A DNA stretch of 64,000 nt from Balanoglossus misakiensis (GCA_040954595.2 CM082594.2:270208-334207), one strand, 5' to 3'. Positions 1 to 12,655 are shown, counted from the first letter of the stretch. Notes: generated by a model from the letters alone, not told the origin. Translations and numbers: made by a program.

Positions 1-1455
1 GTCTGGTGTGTACAAGAGACAGACAGGCTCAGTCTTGGAGAACACATCACCATCACCTCTTGCAAATATATCATTCTGCTTGGTGTATATATGTAATGGA
101 CATTTTGCAACATACACTACAGATAACATTTCTGGCATACCAGCATATTAATCTGCCTTTTCCATACATTGTGTCCTGTGCAAAATGTCCATATAACGAG
201 TGCCGTCTAACAGGACATCAAGTTGTGCATCATCCATTCCTTCAAAGTATATATGATTGGCACGCATTATGTCTACTGTATCTGCTCTTAACTTGTCTGC
301 GAATATTTTCTCTCGGTCAGCTAAAATTGGGTCAGAAGGGAGTCCACTAGGTAGATGATCGCAATTTTGCAATGCAATATCATTTCTCACAGAGATGCTC
401 CTGAAAAAGCACCTTCCACCACCATATATGTTGATTAGCTTAAAATCTTTGACAGTTGAATGTTTGTCATGACTGCCAAAAACAATATCATCAACACTGT
501 TCAAAATTGACTTTGGTTTTGGTTGGACCATTTGATAAGAGGTACCGTGGAAACCTCTGTCCTTTGGATCAGCTCTAGCAGCTGCATATTTAGCTGATTT
601 ATCAATATTGTCAATGGAAGTTATACAAAATGCATTATTTGCAATATTTTCCTCTGTGAAATCAGCTGATGTTCTTTTGTTGATAACTCCCAACATGTAT
701 CTATGCAATGTATCTCCAGAACAAATAATACCAAATCAATTTAGAATTTTCACTAGAGTAGATGACCTACTATAACCTTCAACAATATCAGCCAGGTAAG
801 TATGCAATGGGTAAGTACAATGATCAGAACAAGTGAACAATAGCATACACACAAAACAAACGCCTGAGGAATCGTGCTCTACTCTCCATAGAGTGCTGGT
901 CATAAAATCCATAGTAGTGTTTATTCCATTCAAAGTTGGGGCTTTTTAATTTACTGCATTCACTGTTGTTCAACGTTTTATCACATGAACTGGCCCGTAT
1001 AGCCGCTTGTGTGACGTAGAACAGGTCGAATAAAAAATCCGAATTTACTCCTGTTCTACGTCATCAACCGGAACTATTTACACTGATTCGCCCGTCGCTG
1101 TAACTTTCTTGTGAAATGGAATAAACAAGTGGATGAACCCGTAGTTGTACATAAGTCATATAAAACTGACGGTTCCATGACGGTTCCGTAAGAATATCGC
1201 TGGGTAAAATCAATACGAGAAAGGTAGAATTTGAAACGTCAACGCTACGATCATGAATGTGTGCTTGCAGCTAGCGGGCCTGGTCCCGAGCGAGCCAGCA
1301 CATTGTCTTGATTTTAGGCTTACGGAAGTTACGAGAATGGTTTTGTTCCAGCTGAGCGGGATGACTAACACTCTGTATTCTGTCCACTGGTCAACGATAA
1401 GTATAAGACGTGGAAAAAACATCGCAATTCATTTGTTTGAGAATCGAAAACATTT

Positions 1456-3142
1456 TAGTGGGGCAGTTAACAAAAAAATCGTGCACTTTGGGTTAAAAGC
1501 ATGAAACTTGGTACACTTATGCATTGACCCATGGCGGCCATTTTCTGATATGGATCCAAAATGACAGCGCCCTCTAGTGGCCAGAAACAGACATTCATAC
1601 TTAAAAACCGTGCACTTCAGGTTAAAAGCCTGAAACTTGGTACACTTATGCATTGACCCATGGCGGCCATTTTCTGATATGGATCCAAAATGACAGCGCC
1701 CTCTTGTGGCCAGAAACTGACATTCACACTTTCCCCCCATTAATGGCACTTTTTGGTCATTTGTAACACTCTGAAACAGGAATGTGGGTTGTAAAACATG
1801 CTTGCTACCATACATTCATGTGTATACTGTGGAATACTTTTTGTTCGCGTGGAATTTATTTTGGCTGCTTTCGCGGAGGTAATTTTTGCGCGAAAATTTG
1901 TTCCAGCGGTATGTTTTGAACACAATAGACATGAATATTAATGAGCTAGATCGACTGACGCAGTGACCTTTGACCACTGATTACTTGCATGTTACGTCTA
2001 TGGAAAACAATCTGACACGGAACACGCACTCACGCTCACGCACTCACATGCCGACAGTCATTATCGACACCTAGTAATTGACACCATAACTAAAACTGGT
2101 TAAAAACAATAAAATCAAATGTTTGCCGACTTGATTGACACCCAAAACGCATTGTTTGTCACCTAACGGCAGTCTGTGATGTTTGTGTTTGACGACTTAG
2201 CTTTGTCAACGTCTAATTTCAATTAGCGTACAGCGCCTTGGCTGATGACACTGTAAAGCGATCAGCGCGAAAATAAAGTCGCGCCGACGTATCGATTTTA
2301 TCCATTGCGCGAAAATATATTCCAGCGATAATAAAGTATTCCACAGTATTATCCTAATCCTGATATACATGTATCAGATCAATCTTGATTACATCTTCCT
2401 TCACAGTAACAATGACCACTGCTGTCAGACTAGACCTAAAGCACCTACAGAATCATGTCCATGACTTTTGGCCACTGATTTCCTGAGGTTGACTCTTTTC
2501 TTGGGCTTGACTAAGAGTTGTCCAACTTGATTTCCACTGGGATTCTGTTGGTTTGATATAGCTTTGCTAGGTTTCTCACAGCACATGTTCTTTAGATGCT
2601 GCCTGTATTCTCGAGAATCCTTGACTTTCTGGAGAAGAGGTGTTGTATTATCCCTTTGCATGACTTTGTGTATTGAACTGGTTGTTATTTCGAAGAACAA
2701 ATCGTTCAATTAGTAACATACAAGATTGATCTGATGCATGTACATCAGGATTAGGATAATATTCAAAGGAATGTATGGGAGCAAGCATGTTTTACAACCC
2801 ACATTCCTGTCTCTGAGTGTTAAACTTGCCCAAAAAGAGTCATTAATGGGGGGAAAAGTGTAAATGTCAGTTTCTAGCCACTAGAGGGCGCTGTCTTTTG
2901 GGATCCATATTGGAAAATGTCCGCCATGGGTCAATGAATAATTGTACCAAAGTTCATGATTTTAACCCAAAGTGCACAATTTTTAAGTATGAATGTCTTT
3001 TTCTGGCCACTAGAGGGCGCTGTAATTTTGGATCCATATCAGAAAACGGCCGCCACGGGTCAATGCATAAGTGTACCAAGTTTTATGCTTTTAACCCAAA
3101 GTGCACAATTATGCCAAAATGTGGGGTTTAGCTCCTGCACTA
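1456..3142. mobile_element. Non-autonomous foldback element, Academ-like (TAG...CTA termini, 3-bp TSD TTT)
   Basis: Termini TAGTGGGGCAGTTAA and TTAGCTCCTGCACTA; TTT at 1453-1455 and 3143-3145. About 400-bp inverted arms, each with two ~129-bp subrepeats; the left arm is split by a MITE. Confidence 0.75.
1827..2346. mobile_element. MITE with TA target duplication, nested in the foldback arm
   Basis: TA-CTGTGGAATACTTT ... AAAGTATTCCACAG-TA; removing it restores symmetry with the right arm (2722-2800). Confidence 0.8.
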
Positions 3143-3742
3143 TTTGTCTGGGGTCCAAGGCTGAGATTCTGTACGACGGTTGTATTTCCGCGGAAGCACA
3201 ACTGCGCTGACTAGCCAGGCCGACGCAAACGCAACCTTGAACCTTGAACATCGTTCCTGGACTAATATTTTTAATATCCTGTCACAATAACGGTTTTAGG
3301 ATATATGGCAATGGAACTGTGTTTATTTTTTCATAAATTTTACAGTGAAGTGCGTCATTTTTTCTGTCAAACTGCGACTTGCAGCATAACTTTGCAGGCA
3401 ACTCGACGCGATTAATTGCTAAGATGTTGTGTTGACATGTACACAGCGCGAGACAATGATTGACAGGCAGAATGTATCAAAATTCTGGCCCATGTGACTG
3501 ACTCCGCGAATCTGATTGGTAGACAAGACGCAAAAGTGTAAAAACTTGAAAGTCGATTTCACTTTATGAATGAAAGTGATTCCATAATTAGCATATCTCG
3601 TTGGGGCCACAGATCGTTGCGCAGGGGAAAGAACGTAATCCCGCTAAATAAACTACAAGGCCGCTCGAATATTTTAGCAGGATATTGGAATATTGTATCC
3701 TACCTCTTCTAACGAAAAATAAGAAGACTGTTCATGTGATAA

Positions 3743-3905
3743 ATATATAATCCCATGATATTTTTCTTTATTTAACGTCATCGTATACTCGTGGTTTTCG
3801 CGGAGTCTAGCAACTTCTTGCCTACGGCTCGAAGTTGCACGGCTCTGCGAAAACACTCGTATACGATGACGTCAAACAAAGAAAAATATCATGGGATTAT
3901 ATATA
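3743..3905. repeat. Long palindrome at the end of a Crypton-like insertion interrupting the transposase (copy at ~22806-22967)
   Basis: atatataatcccatgatatttttc...gaaaaatatcatgggattatatat with central cttgcctacggctcgaag. Family label tentative. Confidence 0.6.
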
Positions 3906-5697
3906 AAAATAGTATTCCATAACACAGGGTCAATCTCACTGACAATATATTTAACATCAAGTGTACTCAGATCAACAGTGTTTGTTTTGCAGTAATTACT
4001 GAATTTTTAAGATTGCTGATAAATGCTGACATTTAATTTCACAGCCACCAAATCAAGCATTTTGAAAAAGTCAACGTCAACTTTACTCAAGTCTCATACT
4101 TGCTTTTCAAGCCTCTCTATCTGTTTCTCAGCTTGCACAACATACTGGGGATGTTCGACAAGTGCATTTTGGAGGGCAATAGTGAGATCTGAACCCGTTC
4201 GGTACAAAAAGGTGGAGAACTTTCTACTCACTTTTGATACAACAGAAAGGTGAATTGGATAATACACACATAGAAATTCCCGAATAAGCCAGCTATTAGG
4301 TTTTCTGTGGAATTCCACTGGTTGTACCTTGACCTTGGGTCGCAAAGTCTGATATTCATCGTCTAAACAATCATTGAAATATTGCCTGATGTCAAACAAT
4401 AGAATGGCGTGTTTTCTGAGGAGCACTTCTCCTAAAAAGACAACAGTTTTCCAGCATGCAAAATTCACCAAGTCGGTGTCACAGCTGCAGCCTTTTTGTA
4501 GCATTGTGACATATTTTTTAATTTCTTCAGCAAGTGCTATATCACTCGACATAATTAGGCCTTGTTGAATACTACACGTTGCTTTTTCCGCTAAAGCAAC
4601 AAATGTTTATAACATTTCAAACAAATCAGGCTGTCTTGAGTAAGGGCAAATGGTGTGTTTGTTTGTTGGTGAATTGTTTGCACCATATCAAAATCAGGGA
4701 TTTTAAACAAATTGTTTGCCCGTGATAAGCACGAAGTACACAAGGGATGGCTTTTTCTCACAGCAAGGATGTAGTGATGTTGACACAGTGGAAATGATGA
4801 AAATCCTTTAAAACCTGAGTTGTCTATACTCAATTTTGTACACAGTCCTCCTCGCCTGAAATCAGCTCTATAATGTCGCGTAAAAAAATGGCCTATTTCG
4901 CGACCCTTCAGCGGGGCCCACGGTAACGGCTACATGGTATGAAGTACTTTCCCTCATTAACATATGTTAATGAGTACCATGCGATCTGACTGTACAGACA
5001 CACATGCACAACGAGAGATTAACAGGCAAACACTGGCTGACCCATAAGCTGCCAATGGCATGTGTACTGTACACACAGCAAATGGTCTCTTTAACAGATA
5101 GCCAGTTATGAAAACATGCAGTTACCAATCACTGTTATTATTGACAAATTGCATCCAAGTCCAGACCCAGGCTTGAATACAATTTTTAAACAATAACAAC
5201 ATTGCTTACCCTGCTTCACCGAGCTGAACAAGAAATGATGGTTGATAACCAGCATAATACTGAATAAAAATTCAAAAGTTACAGATATAGGACCTTTCGT
5301 TGCCCATATATTATATTACCATGGTCTGTGCGTTGCATTTTAATTGGTCAAGATGAACGACATCACTGACCACAAATACCCAGTAATGGTTTGTTTACAT
5401 GCCCGTAAATCTGAATAGTAATATTAGCAAATAGTTCAGTGAACACAACATTTTGCATAACACAAGTTCTGGGGCCCCTAGTCTTGTGTGTGGGACATTT
5501 TCATAAATATTGATGGTTTTCTTGAGATTGTTGGTAATGTAATGGAAATAAATGTAGGGCTCGGGCTCTAGGAAAGCCAAATTTCATGGGCTCAGAAGCC
5601 TTGCCCATGAATTTTGGGCTTTCCCCTCGACCTTGCCCAAAAACAAACGTTAATGGTCAGGGCGTTGTGCATTATTTCTATATTGTGTTGATCTTAC

Positions 5698-5814
5698 CTG
5701 TACACTCTCCATTGACCAATCAATATTCCACAGCACAAGTGCAATAAAAAGAGCCTGCTGTATTCACACACTGGCCTCCACAAAGATCTGCTCTCTCCAT
5801 ATATTCATTGACAT
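5698..5814 (-). pseudogene. Calcium-binding EGF pseudo-exon
   Basis: ttcag|...|gtaaga, 117 bp, phase 1-1: DVNEYMERADLCGGQCVNTAGSFYCTCAVEY*LVNGECT (first Cys lost, TGA stop). The copy at 24761-24881 has an altered 5' end. Confidence 0.85.
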
Positions 5815-6144
5815 CTGAAATCAAAGATAGTTATTATTAATAAATTTATTATTATTTATTTCCTAACAAATGTAATACACATCCATCTCAGTGCATTTTC
5901 TACAGAAAATAATAAAATTAGAAAACAAGTGAAAGCTTAAAGGATAAAAATTACACTTAAAAACCCCAAACAAACAGAAACAGTTCTGAAAGACAATCCC
6001 TATAAACCAAAAAAGCAATGGAATAAAATAGTGCTGAATAAAAGGACGAGTCTTAAAAACCCCTTTGAAAACTGTCAATAGATCCAGCATTGTGGATAGA
6101 AGGTGCACAAACACTGAATCCTCTTTAGCCATATGCCTTGTTAA

Positions 6145-6939
6145 GATGGGTCCCCCGTATCTTTTTGCCCGTTGCTATGGGCCTATATAGGACATTACAC
6201 CCCGATTTGGACTAAGCCGTTTTCAGAGTCTAACAAGGGGCTGGCAACAAGTTGAAAATCTGCACGATTGTGAGCGCGCGCCCCCTGACGCCATTGATAT
6301 GCAATTTAGCTAGGTCAAATTTCAAAAAGCCTAAGGCTTTTTATTCCGTGACCTAAAAAACGAACTTGATACGTATTCATTAGTTGCTCGAACCAGGGAA
6401 GATCGTGACGGATTTTGTTTTCGAATATTATCGTTGTATCCTACGATTTCAGCATACCCGTACCACACCTGAAAAAGTCATCGATTTTGGGTGTTTTTGG
6501 ACGCACTATTCCACCGGTATCGCTTCTTAGCACGATGAAAACTGAAAAAACGATCTGTCACACTGTGCGGAAGTACGTTCTCAACAAGCAGGTCAAATTT
6601 GGCTGGCCTACGTCGCCTGTGAAAAAAGGCTTAGGGATTTTTGTGAACGGTGCAAAATCTCTGTGTACAAAACATTGGATTTTTAGCGTTCGATCCAGTT
6701 ACTGTGGTTACGGGACGCGCACGCTATTGCTGACCGCTGCTTTGCCGTATTAGCGTGGCGGCCTATGGCCGGGCGGTAGCTGCCGTAACCATACTCGGAC
6801 AGAGTGTGTGCACACTATCATGCGTATTTTTAACTGGTTACAAGCCCCTTGTCGGACGTTTATAACGGTTTCGATCAAAATTGAGTGTAATGTCCTGTAA
6901 AGGCCCATAGCAATGGGCAAAAAGATAAGGGGTCCCATC
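6145..6939. mobile_element. Non-autonomous Kolobok-like element with TTAA TSD
   Basis: TTAA-GATGGGTCCCCCGTATCTTTTTGCCC ... GGGCAAAAAGATAAGGGGTCCCATC-TTAA. Copy B has a single TTAA at the empty site (25215-25218). Confidence 0.85.
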
Positions 6940-7556
6940 TTAAGTTTTGAAATGATCATTCACGGTGATGAGTTATCAAGAATATACCCGTTAAAAATTA
7001 CTGTACCCTCAGAGAAGCATTTTGTAATGTCTTTAAAATTTGATGAAAACTATATGAATTTTCTAAGTGTATATTTATTCATTTGCAGAGGTAATTTACT
7101 TAGCTATAGGTTGATAATTTATGTTAATTTCAATGAATTATGCAAATAAGTAGTGAAAATACTTGTACATGAATATATCAGACAGTCTTATAGTGTCGTG
7201 TGAGGTTGATGACACATATTCTTAACCACATATTTCTTGATCAATTAATTGTGTTTACACCAAAGTCCTCAATATCCATGGCAATCTCTTCCTAGGAATT
7301 GTGACACTCTCTCCAAAATCCCCTGAAACTTGTGTACCCTGTCAGCAAAACTTTGTCTGATTTTTAAAATACAGATTACTTTTTCACCCTTGCAAACACA
7401 TTTTCAAAGATAAGTTTTCACATTTGTTAATTTGTTTATATTATGCATAATTATAATTGGAACAATTCTAAGATACAATTTCAACAAACATGTGTTCAGT
7501 ACGAGTGTGCGGTTGATTTCAAATTTTAAAATGTGTGCAATGGATAGACAGGATGT

Positions 7557-7753
7557 GTGTTTAGCTGATTGTAACCATAGCAATATGCAATCCCCAAAAA
7601 CAGTGTAGCCACAGAAGAGACCAATGTTTAGCTGATTGTAACCATAGCAATATACAATCCCCAAACAATGTAGCCACAGAAGAGACCAATGTTTAGCTGA
7701 TTGTAACCATAGCAATATACAATCCCCAAATAATGTAGCCACAGAAGAGACCA
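7557..7753. repeat. ~62-bp tandem repeat x3 (also 25820-25874 plus 26623-26765)
   Basis: Repeated tgtttagctgattgtaaccatagcaatatacaatccccaaacaatgtagccacagaagagacc. Confidence 0.9.
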
Positions 7754-7771
7754 AAATCCACAGTTACATAC

Positions 7772-7894
7772 CGCCACATGCATGGCCATCTTCCAGCAGA
7801 TAGAATCCTGGTCTGCAAGCGCAGAGATAACTACCATGGGTATTCTGACAACAGTGTTGACATGCATTTCCACCACTGTGACATTCATTCATAT
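7772..7894 (-). pseudogene. Calcium-binding EGF exon (frame open)
   Basis: ttccag|...|gtatgt, 123 bp, phase 1-1: DMNECHSGGNACQHCCQNTHGSYLCACRPGFYLLEDGHACG. Neighbouring exons are disabled. Confidence 0.85.
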
Positions 7895-8123
7895 CTGGAA
7901 GGTAAGAAGAAATTAGAAATTATTTACAAGCATTACATTATTCAAGATAAGCCTACTCTTGACTACTGGAATCTCACACCAAAGACACCTGGGCTCAGAT
8001 TTATAACAAGATGGGGATAATTTGTCTCAATTTGATCATTTGAGACAAAATATCCCCAAACTTATATATTGTCGATGTAACATTATAATATAGTTATATC
8101 ACTGTCAGGCATTTATGTCCTAC

Positions 8124-8187
8124 AGTCAAGCGGTTTTAGGCACCTGCAGTCATTTTGATGGAGTTGGTTTGAATCCCACCAGTGCCA
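8124..8187 (+). pseudogene. Degenerate tRNA-Leu-like fragment (pseudo-tRNA or SINE head)
   Basis: ttttaggcacctgcagtcattttgatggagttggtttgaatcccaccagtgcca resembles the anticodon, variable arm, T-arm and acceptor end of tRNA-Leu; B-box mutated and 5' half partly deleted. Confidence 0.5.
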
Positions 8188-8899
8188 GAAGTGTGAGATG
8201 GTCAACTGGACTTGAGGCGTTTGAGTTCAACCAAACTTTATTTCTAAGTCTAGGAACTGCATGCACCAACTAAGGCCTACAAAATGGCTTCTGGATTGAA
8301 GAGAACTCACAAACACATGCAATCACTTTTATAGGAGTAAACAGGTGTTAAAATAACATGTAAATTTTAGAGTTTGTTTTTGTTTAATAAGATTTGTATT
8401 CAAATTCTATTTCTGAGTCTTACATAGTGATGACCTTTTGTCATGCATTGATGTCATGCAACCACTCACTAATTACACACATGTGTTGGTGAGTATCTAC
8501 AACCACATGTTGAACCTCTTTAAATTGGACACCTGCAATCCAAACAATTTCTTCAGTCCCTTTGGTGTTAGACGGGTTTGACTGTACTTGAAAGTGCAGT
8601 TGATATACAGAACAAAATGCTAAAAATAGAAATTGCAGACACAGTGACCCTTTAAAGGCCCTGCTCAACAGTTGCGTGCTAACACAAAGGATTTCTTATT
8701 TGTCTTCATTGTTCTGCCCTGAGATTGAGAAAATGGCCTTTAATATGTAAAGTGTCAGTTGCAGGTGCATGGCAGTACAATTGACATGATCCTTTAATTT
8801 TACAGTGCAATTATAAGATAATACTTACAAATCCTCCAGACATTATTCTGAAGAGAGATATGTATGCTTCCTGGCTGTTATTCACAAACTGGAACTCCA

Positions 8900-9302
8900 C
8901 AGTGCGTGAGTTTTGAAACATGGCACCAAGTGATTGCTGTGGGGAAAAAAATTGACTCCAATCACCATCCCTTGTGCAGGCAAAAGATCATGATATTGCC
9001 CTCGCTAACATGTGTTATTATTTAAATATTTCACCTCTACTTATGCAATGAATTAATGAATACAAAGTGTTGTAGGTCATCCAACATGAGAATGTCACTA
9101 ACAAAATTATCATTGAGTTTCAAATCCCAAGTAACAGTGGACTTATATAGTTTATCACCCAGATGAATTTTTTTATCTAAATCTGCTCCTGTCGTATAAG
9201 GTTGCTTTGTTAAGACATACAAAGGGAAATGATTGCATTGCATGTACACTGTGTGCCTCTGGATGAAAGACCAATCTGTGTATTTCCTTGATGGGTACTA
9301 CC
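8900..9302 (-). pseudogene. Decayed peptidase C76-like (herpes tegument USP-type) domain (copy at ~27060-27461)
   Basis: GSTHQGNTQIGLSSRGTQCTCNAIISL, then after a frameshift GADLDKKIHLGDKLYKS..LMLDDL; matches the GS-x-HQG...G-x-QC and D-x-D-x-x-x-x-x-GD-x-LY motifs of C76 domains. Confidence 0.65.
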
Positions 9303-9468
9303 ACACGTTGTTCAGCCAAGCTCATAATTTGTGTAATGTGTACCCTCCAAAGATACATCTGGAAGCACCCTAAAAAATGCTCACTATCCAACATGATCCA
9401 ACCACAATAACCCCATTGACCTACAGTCAATTGTTTTAATTAGTTATTTGTATGTGAGCTGTACACAC

Positions 9469-9637
9469 CTCTTGCCATTCCAAGGCTCCGTGCCAAACAA
9501 CACTTTTCTGCTGTTGTTGTTGTTGTTGTTTTTGTTGTTGTGGATCAACTTGCTGCTGGTGAGTCAACTTGATGCACTTGAGCTGTAGAGGGCACTGGTA
9601 TGTCCAGATCCATCGGTAGTGAAGTACTGGTATTAGC
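9469..9637 (-). pseudogene. MED25: MED25 pseudo-exon (poly-Q linker and start of ACID/PTOV domain), copy A
   Basis: acag|...|gtgtgt, 169 bp (frameshifted), ending QQQQKSVVWHGALEWQE; compare MED25 LAWSGVLEWQE. Confidence 0.75.
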
Positions 9638-9744
9638 CTGTAATAACACATACAAATCATAACTGTAAATAATTCTGTATTATATTATATCATGCTACCG
9701 TCCACAATTCTGATTGGACGAGAGCTCAATCCAGCGATGCTAAA

Positions 9745-9974
9745 ATTAAGCAATAAAACATCCCTAGCCATGGTGTACCACGAGATTTTGACCAGTTCAC
9801 AACATATACGCAAGAGCGATAGCGAGTGCGTATATGGAGTTGAACTGGTCAAAATCTCGTGGTATACCATGGCTGGGGGTGTTTTAATGCTATTATATTA
9901 TGCCAGTATATTGAAACTTTGCATAAAACCTTTTAAAAAGGCATTTTCTTTGACTATGATATATGACTGTGGTA
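9745..9974. repeat. Crypton-like palindromic element, truncated by a deletion (fuller copies at 27924-28240 and inverted at 29779-30093)
   Basis: ttaagcaataaaaca...ccatggt..cgagattttgaccagttc...gaactggtcaaaatctcg..accatgg hairpin. Family label tentative. Confidence 0.65.
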
Positions 9975-10503
9975 AATAAAAATATTACAACCATTTTACG
10001 GAAGTACCGATTTAGGGTAATGAAAATTTTAACAACCACAAAAAAGGTGTTCTACATCACCACAAAATGATGAATTGGTTGTCAATGGCCATGTAAACAA
10101 GTTGTATATTTGTCCTTTGAACTTTAGAATCTGGATTGTATGATTTCAAATATTTGCTTAGCAACAGATACCCAAGCAGTCACGCAGTTACACCCATTGG
10201 AAAATTGTATCACCCACACCAAGGTGGGTGGAAGTTGGTCCTGGTGCTTTTTTTCCCATGATTCAAATTACAGTAAACGCCATATTAGAAATTCTGCCAA
10301 CTTTCCCTCGATTTTGTAAAAAAATATGATGACTTATACATGACAAATATTTTTTTTTCTGAAAGAGTGACCTCAAAGCTACCAAATTATGTAGAAATTA
10401 CCTGGACCGGATTTTCCCTTTAAGGATAGATTGTTCAAGACAAAAGTAATGGCTTGAATAGAATATTACATGCACATTTCTATTAAGGACACCTCTGTAT
10501 TAA

Positions 10504-11034
10504 AGGGACAAAGTCTCTCTCTCGCTGCCCTTTTTTCCATTAATAATGTTTGATACAAGACACTGTTTATGTTAATGTACATGAGTATATGTAGTAAATA
10601 AACGTTCAACCATACACAACTTCCATCCCGCGTGTATGATATGGGAGTAAAAACTCACCCAAAACGAATAAATGGTAGAGACTGATTATTCATTTTGGCG
10701 AGTTTTTTCACTCATGTCCACAAGCAGTATATATGTTACTTTTTATCTACTTTCTGGGGGCATTGCAGGGTTGTTCTTCATTAAGTTTTTGGGATTTTTT
10801 TTTCTTTTGTGTCTTTCTTTTATGGCGTTGTTTCTGGGTTTGTTTTGTATGTTTTTTTTACAGTATGGGCATACGGCCTGAATTAAAGAATAAATAAATA
10901 AATAAATATACTTTGTGTGTGGTTGAATATTGATTCACTATATATCCACATGTAGAATAACATAAATAGTGTCTTGTATCAAATATAATTAATGGAATAA
11001 GGGGCAGCGATCGGGAGAGAGAGCCTGTATCCCT
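10504..11034. mobile_element. Kolobok-like palindromic MITE, TTAA-flanked (copies at 33267-33621 and 60390-60734)
   Basis: TTAA-AGGGACAAAGTCTCTCTCTC ... GAGAGAGCCTGTATCCCT-TTAA with long internal arms. This copy has an extra ~175-bp insert (~10731-10905) ending in (AAAT)n. Confidence 0.75.
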
Positions 11035-11233
11035 TTAAGGACATGTTGTGTGATCCCAGAGGTGCCCTTACTAGGCAGGTTTCAATGTACTTCACATGTG
11101 AGTTGTACTTTACTGTCGGTATGGAATCATTTCCTGGTTGACATGGTGAGCTTTACATACAGATAAACCACCTCAAAAAGTGGGGGCTATAACTAGAGAA
11201 TGATCTTTAACCTCAGAATTTTACCATAATTAC

Positions 11234-11332
11234 CTTGAATATCGTAAACTCTTCATATCGTCAAATAACTGCACTGCAGTACTTAGACCTTCTGAAATCA
11301 TACTGTATTTCTCACCTGCTCCTGACAAAAAT
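11234..11332 (-). pseudogene. MED25: MED25 vWA-domain exon, copy A
   Basis: ttcag|...|gtaatt, 99 bp: [32 protein letters not shown] vs MED25 [31 protein letters not shown]. Confidence 0.85.
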
Positions 11333-11619
11333 CTGAAATACAACACAGTACAATTATTTAACAACAGGTGTATGTAAACAATGTCTACTCCGATTGTAGA
11401 CAGATTTGGTTAAACATTTTACGAAACATTTAAAGGTAGGAACCTCTAATAAAAGCCAGTGAGTCAAAGGACAAAACTGAGTCTTTGAAACAGTAACCCA
11501 TTGCCAAGTGTGACAGGGTGATGCGATCAGGCTAATAAAGGAGTTTTAATTTACCTTAGTATACTAAATTTAGAATAAACGAAAAAATCTACAATTAAAA
11601 AACAACTGTTACAACGGGT

Positions 11620-12655
11620 TGGCGAAAACAAATATAAGGAACCCCCCCCCCTCCCCCCCCAAAAAAAACAAATGTGGTAAAGGGGTCCAACATTTTGCAC
11701 ACCATCACTTTTCGGCAGTCAGTCTGCATTCAAGCCAAAGGAGCAAACCTAATTGCAAGAAATACCACGACAATACTAACCGTATAGTAAATAGGTGAAC
11801 AAGTATCTTCAGGGTGGCTAAAACAAAAATGATTACCCCCCCCCCCCAAGACATGATGGAAGGTTCCAAAAATTTGAATCCCATCATTTTAGTTCTGGTG
11901 GAGCCCCATTGAAACCAAAACATCAAAGAAAAATAATATTTTTAGCAAAATATTGTATGAGAAGGGAGTAAATCGGCCAACAAACAACTTCGGAGTGGCC
12001 AAAATGGAAGTGCCCCCCCCCCCCAATAAAAAATGATGGGGGGCCTATAATTTGCACCCTATTATTTATGGCCAGGTGGGTCCCCTCCAAAGCAAAAACA
12101 ACAAAAACAAATTAATTGTAGCCCAAATTCCCATGATAATAGAGTAAATAGGCCAACAAACAACTTCGGAGTGGCCAAAATGGAAGTGGCCCCTCCCCCA
12201 AATAAAAAATGATGGAGGGGCCCTATAATTTGCACCCAATTATTTTTGGCCAGGTGGGTCCCCTCCAAGGCAAAAACCACAAAAATAAATTCATTGTAGC
12301 CCAAATTCCCATGATGATAGAGTAAATAGGTGAACAAATATCCTCGAGTGACCACAACAGAAGAGACCCCCCGAAAAAAATTGATGGAGGGGCCCTAAAA
12401 ATTGCACCCCATGATTTTTGGGTAGTTGGGTCTCCATTGAAGCCAAACAGCAAAACAAAAAACAATTTTAGCACAAAAATCCTACGGGAATATACATCAT
12501 ACCACAAAATGGAAGTACCCCCCCAGAAAAATATGATGGAGGGGCCCTTAAAATTGCACCCCATCATTTTCGGGTAGTTGGGTCCCCATAGAAGCCAAAA
12601 CAGCAAAAAAATCTATTTTAGCACAAAAATCCTACGGGAATACACATCATACCAC
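11620..12655. repeat. Degenerate ~180-bp tandem repeat array
   Basis: Recurring aaaatggaagt-cccccc-aaaaatgatggagggggccc-aaattgcaccc units. Confidence 0.8.

Larger units (their letters stand above)
1..4992 (-). mobile_element. Duplicated copy of the 5' part of the Academ-OTU element
   Basis: ORFs 148..708, 736..933, 4094..4552 and 4591..4833 match copy B. The TIR ends at 4992 followed by the same TACA and flank. The OTU box reads GGGRC instead of GDGRC. Confidence 0.88.
1..11532. repeat. Segmental duplication, copy A (partner 21502-34385)
   Basis: Near-identical colinear blocks: 1-975=21502-22476, 3414-6144=22477-25218, 6944-7900=25219-26910 (B has an insert), 8755-9974=26913-28152, 9975-11532=32738-34385. 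Homology ends at gtgatgcgatcagg; the left end is outside the window. Confidence 0.95.

Noticed and set aside
1456-3142. CACTA/EnSpm element
   Set aside because: Termini are TAGTG...CACTA, the reverse of the CACTA...TAGTG arrangement; they fit Academ-type TAG..CTA ends.
1-4992. Second independent Academ insertion
   Set aside because: The flank beyond the TIR is the same as in copy B, so it arose by duplication of the locus.
8422-8720. Exon-like minus-strand segments (GVQFKEVQHVVVD...)
   Set aside because: They contain stops and I could not assign them to MED25, EGF or any other family.
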